A DNA stretch of 64,000 nt from Basidiobolus meristosporus CBS 931.73 (Eukaryota > Fungi > Basidiobolomycota): assembly GCA_002104905.1 (NCBI GenBank), contig MCFE01000412.1, forward strand, positions 15,659-79,658, given 5' to 3'. Below, piece after piece: positions 48,077 to 58,167 of this stretch. A program made the translations under genes and the position numbers. The notes below the pieces were generated by a model. That model saw only the letters and a list, made by a program, of their open reading frames with translations. It searched no databases and was not told the origin of the DNA. Each line of letters starts with the position of its first letter. Within the stretch, counting starts at the first letter, position 1.

Positions 48077-49650
48077 TTATCCGATGTATCTGTTTCCACT
48101 GGAATATCTGATCCTGAGGTACCTCTTCTGGCGCCCACCATGACTACGGGCGGCTGGTTGAGTGATGATGTTCAGGGGCTGTTGCTGCTTAGGCTGATAA
48201 AAGGTTTGGCCGATAACCTGTGCTTGATCGAACTGGTTGGATTTCGATAGGGCATTAGCATCAATGGATGAATTAGCGTTCACACTGTCCAACAAGGCCT
48301 GTCTTGGTTGTATATCGACTATGTTCAAGTTAGTCACGTTGTAGGATGACTCTGACTGAGTTGTAGTGTCATCCATTGAGTCCGTGCCTTCGCCTTCATC
48401 TTCACTCTCATTCTCATCCATATAGTTAGTGTTAGTAGAGTAATCAAAGATTGCATATTGCTACACCAATGTCCCTTCCATTATGTTACATTAATCAATC
48501 AAATTAGCCGGGTACGATTTTTGAAGCAGGCAATGTTGTAGCTTATCATGCCAGACCACAAATCCTCTCGCAGATTGGAGATGTGGTGGAATAAGACTGC
48601 AGATTTCTTTGATGCTGATGTCATCAAAAGTTTGGTATATGTGTAAATTAAAGCCAAGTATGTAAAAATACTGTGATTACTGTTGCCGTGTAGCATACAG
48701 TAATGTAAGGTCATGTCAGATTCAATAGGTTCTTTGGATGTTTGAGTATGAGATTTTCTGGAAAATGCAGGACCGCTTAATGCATAAGTGCTTATGTACT
48801 TTACCTCAATACCTACAGGATGGGCTGGATTTTTACTATTTGTATAGATCAACTAGACTGATAGCCAAGGCGGTAAAGACCTACAGTAGCCCAAGGGATA
48901 AAATGACTTAAACAGTGTAAGTGATGTATAGCATTGTTGCATACATCAGTAGTAAAAAGATGAATGAATATAAGGAGCTCTCAAGAATTCTTGCAGTACA
49001 GCTCAGTACAATATCTTTACATAGTTTTGACTTTAAGGATCAGAAAACTGTCATAGTAATCAAACAAATATGCCATTTTACAATCAAAATTTTAAGCATT
49101 TTTCTTTTCATTGCCTGCTGACTTTCAATGTGACTTTGTAGCAATATAGATTGATATTTTGATTTTGAGTGATAGTTGGGTAACAACAAGCTGTCAGAAT
49201 GTGCCAACTGTCCTTTGGTGTCTTTGTTGGGAAACAAAGACTGGGAATGTATTATATACATAATCCTCTAAAGTACAGATGTAACGATACCAAACTACAG
49301 ATGCTCCATAGGGAAAACCGATAAAAATTTTCACTTATTTTTGGCCAAATCCCACAATATTAGAAGAGAAGAAAATAGCAGTATTATATATACTGCTCTG
49401 CACTGTAAACATCGACTATGAAATAACCAACTACGTAAAAGCAGTGCCATTCCTGTGTGCACGCTACAAGACCTTGCTTGAGAAATCGTAGTATGAGTCG
49501 TTTTGCGTCTCACGAATAACACAGTCATAGGTTGACTCAAACCAAAATCACATTTGTGGCAATTTAACTCCCAGTATCGATGTAGTAAGTGCATGAACAT
49601 TGAACATGGTGCTCACAAGAGCTCACTGACACCTCAAAGTATCTTCGAAT
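48077..49650 (-). mobile_element. Decayed KDZ (Kyakuja-Dileera-Zisupton)-like transposase relic with Cys cluster
   Basis: Co-oriented broken ORFs: a Cys-rich piece (49331-49600), YCMLHG...SYNIAC (48499-48852) resembling KDZ CxHG...YDIxC, and an acidic tail. The region is CpG-poor. Motif recall only. Confidence 0.4.
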
Positions 49651-49782
49651 GCGGTAGTTGATACACAACGCTGTTTGAACTTTTCTATCTGACTATGTTG
49701 CCACCAACCAACTAATTATATTGAACACTTTGTTCTGTCTCTGCTACAGGGGTTGGATATTGAACATCTTGCGTGGGCTGCA

Positions 49783-50181
49783 TCAGAACGTAGGGATATG
49801 AAAATCCAAGTGTTCCACTCCCGTTTGCTTGGCATATTCTGATGTGTTGCCCCCACCCTCCAGTTCGAGACTGGGCCCTGCTTGATACTTGATGCTGAAG
49901 CCTTTATTGCTGTTGGCATTAGCAATGTTCAGGTTATCGTGCTTTCTGGTCACGGTGGTGAAAACCTGGCGCAATAACGGGGATTGGGCATTTGACGTCT
50001 TAACGACAGGCAAAACTCAAGCGTTTTGGTAGCAATGGCTTACATACTGTACGCATGGTAAACTGCGATAATGAACCCTTCTATACTCAGGAGTGCATGG
50101 AGAAGAACAGCCGATTGGGGCAGCAACTGCAACTTAATTGGCGGCAAGGCCTAGAATTACTGCTACAGTAATAAAGCGCAT
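49783..50181 (-). pseudogene. Possible small secreted-protein pseudogene
   Basis: ATG at 50181 gives MRFITVAVILGLAAN*VAVAAPIG, with in-frame TAA at 50134-50136. A GTAAGC...TTAAG intron would join it in frame to ORF 49783-50013. Confidence 0.3.
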
Positions 50182-50812
50182 GTGGAGTGAATAACGCAAG
50201 GTTGGGATGACTAGATTTAAAAAATCTTCAACTACCACAATAGGTGCTAAGATATGTGGGCTTGCCGTTAATATTGATCACGTTTGGGAAGAACCCGGGA
50301 ATTCGGTGGGCCACATTTCCAAAAATGAGTTAGATCACATTCGAAAACTGAAAACGCTCAAGTTTATCTGGTATAAAGTAGCACTTTTCGCGGGTTGAAT
50401 TCATTAGTATGTAATCATAACCAACAGCAGTAGATTGGACTGGCTAGTATGAGAATATCTTTTAAGGATGGTGACCTGTAGAAATATATTGAGGATAATA
50501 ATTGTTTCTACCGCTCTTCTCAATTCTAACTCCTTTATTTGATTATTTGCTTCGCATTTTTACCTTATTGCGAGTGTATGTGATTTGTCTTTTTTCTGGG
50601 CTACTGAGTTGTCTTTGTACGCGTTGATGTCACTTAGCATCGAGTGACTCCTTACTTTGTAGCAAGATGTTATGATTTGAATCCTAACTAGTTACTACCG
50701 ATCACTTGAACACTACTGATCAAACACCTTGAAATTACAAGCTGACGATCAATCACACTCAATGATACACATATTATTTAATACATCTTGGTCCCTCCTT
50801 TTGGAAGCCTTA

Positions 50813-53574
50813 GGGGGAGACAGTCACCAACAGGTGAAATCTTTATTTCAGTTGAAACAAAGAAGCCAGCACTACTGTTGTAGCTTTGATACAAGAGTGT
50901 GTAGCTGAGGGGATTTGTAGGTAAGTTAATAAGAAGTGATGATAGTTCTTCAGTGCTCAAGACACTGTTCAGTGGGAGGGGGGGGTAGCAAGAGAGGTAA
51001 GAATGACTTGTGAACAACATTAATTGGGGGAATGTGATAAGGATTGATACTCATCACAAAGGGAGTGTGCTGCTGCAGATATTGCTGCCAAAGGTCTGTC
51101 AAGTACTTCAGGTAGGCCAGCTTGGATTTTTCTGACTGCAGAATAAATTGAGCAAACTTCTTGACTTCAGGATCTCCAAGTATAGTTCTCCAGCAGAAGC
51201 CAGGTGTAGTGTGGTGTGTTCTCTTCCATGCCTTAATCAGTGGGTTATTGCAGTGGTGAAGTCTGAGGTATAATCTGGTTCTAAGGTAGAGAAGTCTGAT
51301 CTTATAGGGCATAAACCCAAAAGCACCAAGAATAGCATGTCTGTAGGGGCATTCAGGCAAATGAGGCACCAAGGAGGTAATGCACCATACTGCAAACTTG
51401 TCAGGCTTAGTGCAGTCTGTAGAAGTAAGAGAGAGAAGTGGTAAGCCAAATTCCAGGGCAGGGAAGACAAACCGCTTGAGTAGAAGGAGGCAGCTGGAGG
51501 CTGAAGTTGTAGGAGGAGTAACAGCCAGTAGCTTGTGGAGTGCTGGTCTTGCCAGGATAATTCTCTTCTTCAGGTGTGCTCCAGAGTCTAGTCCAGCAGG
51601 AAGGAAAGGAAAGCCAAGGTATGTAGCAGAAACCCAAGCAGGTAGAGTGGAGTTCTCCAAGTTGATGGGAGAGCCCAAAGGTACTGTCTTTGCAATAGAA
51701 AGCTGGAGATTATTCTTCTGCAGATACTTGTGGATGGTCTGGGAGTCATGTTGCACATTGGAGGAGGATATTCTGATGTCATCAGCAAAGAGAGTAACCA
51801 GGCAGTCAGCCGAGAGTCTTAGGAAATCATTCAGGAAGATGGCAAACAGTATAGGACCAAGCACAGAGCCTTGAACCACTCCATTAGGAACTGAGAACAC
51901 AGCTGATTGCTCACTTGGGTGCAGAATTCTTGCTTGTGGATCCAGAAACAGAGACCTGACAAGGAGGGTGAGAGAGGTACTGGAGAAGCATTGCAACTTG
52001 GACCAAAGCAGATTTCTGTCAACTGAATCAAAGGCCTTGGTAATATCAAACAGAACAGAGGGATACTTGCACTGGAGAGAGTGATCTTGGCTAAGTATGA
52101 CTACATATTCCAAGGAGAGGCCAGGAACAAAGCCAAACTGTGCAAGATGAAACTTGAGGGAGTCAGAGTAGAGCTGCTGAGCAACCAGAAGCTCAAACAC
52201 CTTTCTGCAGGTGGGCAGCAGAGATATTGGCCTGTAGGAGTTAGGATCCAGGTGCTTTCCTTTACCCTTGTATAGTGGCAGAACATTGGCAAAGAACCAT
52301 TCCTCAGGAGTAGAAAGCTGGGCTGAGCATTGCTGAAACGGTGGAAGCAGAAGTGCAGACATGGCCTTGGTACTAGTCTTCAGAAGCTCATAGGAGATTG
52401 TGTCCACACCTAGGGCAGTAGAGTTTGGAAGCCTCTTGAGCACATTATTGATCCTCTCTTGATCAAGTGCAAGTGGGATGGGCAGACTCTTGAAGTCAGG
52501 ATGAAAGCTAGGACTTGAGTACTGCTTTGTAGAGAAGAAGATGTTAGCCAGCTGTTCTGTTGAAGGCAACTTCCTGAAAGAGGGCCTCATTGCCCGGTAG
52601 AGTCTTGACACTGTTCTTGCTATAGAGTTGGAAGATTGCAGAGGCAAAGAACTCATAATATGGTCCCAGAGCTGAGTATGCAGAGTGTGGTGAATTGCCT
52701 TGGAGTGGTGTATGGCTGTCAGGAGGAGCTTCTCTGTTTTTGGGTTAGGGAAGCTTGGGTAGCTTTGTTGCAGGGCTGAAACAATGGATTCCCATTTTCT
52801 TGAGGTAACAGCTGTAGTCTTGCATGGCAGTGAGAGAGAGGCAGAGACCAGAATCAGATGCTTCACAAAGAGACAGGCATAGCTGAGATCATCAGGCAGA
52901 GAAAGTAGCAAACTGGCAAGCTTCAAGTAGTTTCCAAAGTCTTTCTTCTGATTCTTGGTAGCTTTGTGGGTGAGCACAGTAAGTTTTGGCAGCTTCTTCT
53001 TCACAACTGGTTGCATAGAAAGGGACCAGGCTGGGTGGTCAGAGACTCTCAAGGATCCTAGCTCAGCTGCAGAGAATTGCTTGACTTCATTCACAAAGTA
53101 GAGGGCAGCAGCAGAAGGGCAGATCCAGTCAACACAACTTTTCTCAGTTTGAGCACCTAGTGCTAGCAGATGGCTTTCTCTCAGGAAGTTCAGTAGGAAT
53201 ATAGAACTTGGCTTCATTCTTGCAGTCAGAGTAGTCTTGTTCTCAGGATGGGGAATGTTGAGATCTCCAAGCAAGATAACAGGTGCTAATATAGATTGCT
53301 GGTATTGCTGAACATTCCGGCATACAACTTGCACTTTGTGAAGGAGGAGACTTGGAGGCAGATAGCAGAGCACCAGACTGACAGTTGGCAACTGGAGAGC
53401 AACACAGTAAGGGGGGTAAAGAGGAGCACAGAGCTGAGGAGTATTGATGGTAGAAGAGATGAAGCTGATAGAGGAGGTATTCTTTGTTCTAGGAGTGGAA
53501 AAGCAATATAGATTAGTCAAAAGTTTAGAGGGTAGCTGGACATTAATCAAACACAGGAGGGAAAATCCTGAAAG
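50813..53574 (-). mobile_element. Telomere-associated non-LTR retrotransposon, copy A (ORF2 almost complete, 5' part lost)
   Basis: ORF 50950-53574 carries APE motifs (CYLP, GDLN, VDWI, SDH) and RT motifs (YRPISLL, QFGF, DITKAFDSV, GVVQGSVLGP, LFADDI). 3' junction is TTAGGG-GG-AGACAGTCACC. The track's MELQIFTT start is LTR-derived. Confidence 0.93.
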
Positions 53575-54612
53575 TGTTGTAAAAATTTGTAATTCCACCT
53601 AAATATTCACCTAACTTAGTCACTTAGATCATTACCCTCAAATCCTAGAGAATACTGACCAAAATTCCTTGTCGGGATTTACTTAGAATATTATCACCAA
53701 AATACCAGGTACCCAGAACATGAAAATTCTCAAAGTTGTCCAAACAGCCCCAGACTTTGCACACATGTTCTTGGGACCTTCCTTAACCTATTCTACATGA
53801 TTGTTATGCCAAGACCATGTAAAAGTATAAATACTACTTTTACATTCAATATATCATTAAGTGAAAACCACATAATCTACTTGTTCTCCAAATCACTTCC
53901 AATATCTTCAAGACTCTTACAACAGGCTATGTGCCCCAAGCTGTCACTCTCTGCAATATCCACTACTGCTATTACTGGAATTTTTCCCTCTGCTGAAATG
54001 TTGGATGGATCTAGCTACCAAGTGTGGAAGGTGAAAATGAAGATGCTGCTACAAGAAAGAGGCCTTTGGGATATTTTCATGGGAGAAGAATGCTCTCCTA
54101 AAAACTTGGGAGAGGGAGCCTTGAAGTACCAGAAGAAAGAAAAAAGTGCCTTTAACTGCGTTTGCCTTAATGTTAAAGACAAATTGCTAATTCAATGCTC
54201 ATGAGCAGAAATGGCAAAGAATGCCTGGAAGGCATTAGAAGACACCTACCAGTCATGTTCAGCTGCTAAGAAAATGTATCTGAGACAAAAACTCTTTACT
54301 ACAAAGATGCTGCCAGGAGAAGAAATGAAAAATCTAATTAACAGAAATACCCTGCTGGTAGATGAGATGGAATCTGTGGGTGTACCAACTACTGATGAGG
54401 ATGTGATAGTTACCATCCTGAAGAGCCTGACAGACAAGTTTCAGGGCCTTGTATCAACCCTAGAGTCCAGAACTGAAGACTTGACCTTCAATTACGTATA
54501 TGGAAGGCTTCTGGATAAAGAATTAAGAAAAACAAGCGCCAATAAGAAGGAAGAAGAAAATGCTTTAATAAGCAACAATGACCAACAAAGGAGGTACCCA
54601 AGACCCTACAAG
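53575..54612 (+). mobile_element. Ty1/copia element (complete 350-bp 5' LTR 53575-53924, PBS, partial gag) inserted into LINE copy A and truncated
   Basis: LTR runs TGTTGTAA...TTACAACA; PBS GGCTATGTGCCCC; gag LDGSSYQVWKVKMKMLLQERGLWD with in-frame TGA at 54202-54204; homology to the copy at 1-1262 ends at about 54612. Confidence 0.88.
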
Positions 54613-54616
54613 GGTA

Positions 54617-57600
54617 GGGGGAGAGAGTCACCAACAGGTGAAATCTTTATTTCAGTTGAAACAAAGAAGCCAGCGCTACTGTTGTAGCTTTGATACAAGA
54701 GTGTGTAGCTGAGGGGAATTTGTAGGTAAGTTAATAAGAAGTGATGATAGTTCTTCAGTGCTCAAGACACTGTTCAGTGGGAAGGGGGGTAGCAAGAGAG
54801 GTAAGAATGACTTGTGAACAACATTCATGAGGGGAATGTGATAAGGATTGATATTCATCATAAAGGGAGTGTGCTGCTGCAGATATTGCTGCCAAAGGTC
54901 TGTCAAGTACTTCAGGTAGGCCAGCTTGGGTTTTTCTGACTGCAGAATATAGTGAGCAAACTTCTTGACTTCAGGATCTCCAAGTATAGTTCTCCAGCAG
55001 GAGCCAGGTGTTGTGTGGTGTGTTCTCTTCCAGGCCTTAATCAGTGGGTTGTTGCAGTTGTGAAGTCTGAGGTATAATCTGGCTCTAAGGTAGAGAAGTC
55101 TGATCTTATAGGGCATAAACCCAAAAGCACCAAGAATAGCATGTCTGTAGGGGCATTCAGGCAAATGAGGCACCAAGGAGGTAATGCACCATACTGCAAA
55201 CTTGTCAAGCTTAGTGCAGTCTCTAGAAGTAAGAGAGAGAAGTGGTAAGCCAAATTCCAGGACAGGGAAGACAAACTGCTTGAGTAGAAGGAGGCAGCTG
55301 GGAGCTGAAGTTGTAGGAGGAGTAACAGCCAGTAGCTTGTGGAGTGCCTGTCTTGCCAGGATAATTCTCTTCTTCAGGTGTGCTCCAGAGTCTAGTCCAG
55401 TAGGAAGGAAAGGAAAGCCAAGATATGTAGCAGAAACCTGAGCAGGTAGTGTGGAGTTCTCCAAGTTGATGGGAGAGCCCAAAGGTACTGTCTTTGCAAT
55501 GGAAAGCTGGAGATTATTCTTCTGCAGATACTGGTGGATGGTCTGGGAGTCATGTTGCACATTGGAGGAGGATATTCTGATGTCATTGTTGTATCCAAGA
55601 GAAAGTGTAATAAAACTCTTGAATGGTTTAACTGAACCAAAGGGACAATTAAGTGCAGAATCTTAGAATTGTCAGAGAGTGGCGGAAATATTAGCAGAAA
55701 GATTCTGATCTAATATTGGTCTTGGATATAGCTGGATTGGCTATAAATGATATTTGTTTGCTAGGCAGGCTAGGCTTGGTGTTCTTTGGAGTGCTAGATA
55801 TACTAGGCTGGGATAGAACCTATAACGGAATTGTTGGATTCTTTATTTTTGCTGAGACAGAATCTTAATTTCGTTGAGACACACACTAAACCAAAGGTTC
55901 AGTAAACTTTATTTATACTTTTCTGATCAAGTTGAATTAGTAAGCGCCAAGGGACTGGATTGATTGAAATCAAATTGGGTGTTCATAGGTGCATAAGATA
56001 AATGAAAATTACATCATCAATCAACTGATGTCTTGGCAACTGCACCGTGGTTGGATAGATCTCAGATGACTAATCACCTGGGAAGGCTTGGCAGATATGT
56101 TGATAACGTAATGACCATTTGAAAATAGATCAGGTGTGATAGCTAAAAGTAGATTCTGAGGTGGGATAAAATAAACTGTAACTGGGATTTGTTATGTTTG
56201 GGTTAGGGTAAATCAGTTAGGGTACTAGATTTTCAAACGGAGTAAAATTGGCTAAGTTTTAAATGTTGATGCACAACAGTCATCAGCAAAGAGAGTAACC
56301 AGGCAGTCAGCTGAGAGTCTTGGGAAATCATTCAGGAAGATGGCAAACAGTATAGGACCAAGCACAGAGCCTTGAACCACTCCATTAGGAACTGAGAACA
56401 CAGCTGATTGCTCACTTGGGTGCAGAATTCTTGCTTGTGGATCCAGAAACAGAGACCTGACAAGGAGGGTGAGAGAGGTACTGGAGAAGCATTGCAACTT
56501 GGACCAAAGCAGATTTCTGTCAACTGAATCAAAGGCCTTAGTAATATCAAACAGAACAGAGGGATACTTGCACTGGAGAGAGTGATCTTGGCTAAGTATG
56601 ACTGCATATTCCAAGGAGAGGCCAGGAACAAAGCCAAACTGTGCAGGATGAAACTTGAGAGAGTCAGAGTAGAGCTCCTGAGCAAGCAGAAGCTCAAACA
56701 CCTTTCTGCAGGTGGGCAGCAGAGATATTGGCCTGTAGGAGCTAGGATCCAGGTGCTTTCCTTTACCCTTGTACAGTGGCAGAACATTTGCAAAGGACCA
56801 TTCCTCAGGAGTAGAAAGCTGGGCTGAGCATTGCTGAAACAGTGGAAGCAGAAGTGCAGACATGGCCTTGGTACTAGTCTTCAGAAGCTCATAGGAGATT
56901 GTATCCACACCTGGAGCAGTAGAGTTGGGAAGCCTCTTGAGCACATTATGGATTCTCCTTTGATCAAGTGCAAGTGGGATGGGCAGAGTCTTGAAGTCAG
57001 GATGAAAGCCAGGAGTTGAGTACTGCTTTGTAGAGAAGAAGATGTTAGCCAGCTGTTCTGTTGAAGGTAACTTCCTGGAAGAGGGCCTCATTGCCCTGTA
57101 GAGTCTTGATACTGTTCTTGTTATAGAGTTGGAAGATTGCAGAGGCAAGGAACTCATAATATGATCCCAGAGCTGAGTATGCAGAGTGTGGTGAATTGCC
57201 TTGGAGTGGTGTATTGCTGTCAGGAGGAGTTTCTCTGTTTTTGGGTTAGGGAAGCTCAGGTAGCTTTGTTGCAGGGCTGAAACAATGGATTCCCATTTTC
57301 TTGAGGTAACAACAGTAGTCTTGCATGGCAGTTAGAGGGAGGCAGACACCAGAATCAGATGCTTCACAAAGAGCCAGGCAAAGTTGAGATCATCTGGCAG
57401 AGTAAGTAGCAAACTGGCAAGCTTCAAGTAGTTCCCAAAGTCTTTCTTCTGATTCTTGGTAGCTTTGTGGGTGAGCACAGTAAGTTTTGGCAGCTTCTTC
57501 TTCACAACTGGTTGCATAGAAAGGGACCAGGCTGGGTGGTCAGAGGCTCTCAAGGATCCTAGCTCAGCTCCAGAGAATTGCTTAACTTCATTCACAATGT

Positions 57601-58024
57601 AGAGGGCAGCAGCAGAAGGGCAGATCCAGTCAACACATCTTTTCTCAGATTGAGCACCTAGTGCTAGCAGGTGGCTTTCTCTCAGGAAGTTCAGTAGGAA
57701 TGTAGACCTTGGCTTCATTCTTGCAGTCAGAGTAGTCTTGTTCTCAGGATGGGGAATGTTGAGATCTCCAAGCAAGATAATAGGTGTTAATATAGATTGT
57801 TGGTATTGCTGAACCTTCTGGCATATAACTTGCACTTCCTGAAGGGCTAGACTTGGAGGCAGATAGCAGAGCACCAGACTGATAGTTGGCAACTGGAGAG
57901 CAGCACAGTAAGGGGAGTAAAGAGGAACACAGAGCTGAGGAGTATTGATGGTAGAAGAGATGAAGCAGATAGAGGAGGTATTCTTTGTTCTAGGAGTAGA
58001 AAAGCAATATAGATTAGTCAAAAG
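54617..58024 (-). mobile_element. Telomere-associated LINE, copy B (5'-truncated, nonsense codon, interrupted by a solo LTR)
   Basis: Same ORF2 sequence as copy A; TCA>TAA at 57332-57334; 5' break at ...AGATTAGTCAAAAG followed by GGTTAGGG. Confidence 0.92.
55587..56278. mobile_element. Solo LTR of a second family, 692 bp, with a 5-bp TSD
   Basis: Termini TGTTGT...ACAACA; GTCAT is duplicated at 55582-55586 and 56279-56283; the LINE sequence resumes seamlessly on both sides. Confidence 0.9.
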
Positions 58025-58032
58025 GGTTAGGG
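58024..58032 (+). repeat. Interstitial telomeric repeat GGGTTAGGG at a LINE junction
   Basis: Lies exactly at the 5' truncation point of copy B; absent at the equivalent position in copies A and C. Confidence 0.8.
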
Positions 58033-58107
58033 GAGGGAAAGTCACCAAGGTAGGTGAAATCTTTATTTGATTGCAGACAAGTCTAACTACAAATAAAGAA
58101 GCCAGCT
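58033..58107 (-). mobile_element. 75-bp 3'-end stub of a divergent LINE subfamily
   Basis: GAGGGAAAGTCACCAAGGTAGGTGAAATCTTTATTT...AAAGAAGCCAGC aligns with the canonical 3' end but carries indels. Confidence 0.75.
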
Positions 58108-58167
58108 GGGGGGAGACAGTCACCAACAGGTGAAATCTTTATTTCAGTTGAAACAAAGAAGCCAGCG

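Noticed and set aside
50778-51020. Separate 80-aa ORF at the end of LINE copy A
   Set aside because: It is the normal ORF2 C-terminus displaced by a +1 slip in a G-run near 50978-50985.
53575-53598. Apparent ORF2 start MELQIFTT
   Set aside because: Read from the reverse complement of the inserted LTR; not LINE sequence.
57990-58126. Apparent novel N-terminus MVTVSPQLASLFVVRL on ORF 57332-58126
   Set aside because: Chance read-through of the next copy's 3' end, the stub and the telomeric repeat into copy B.
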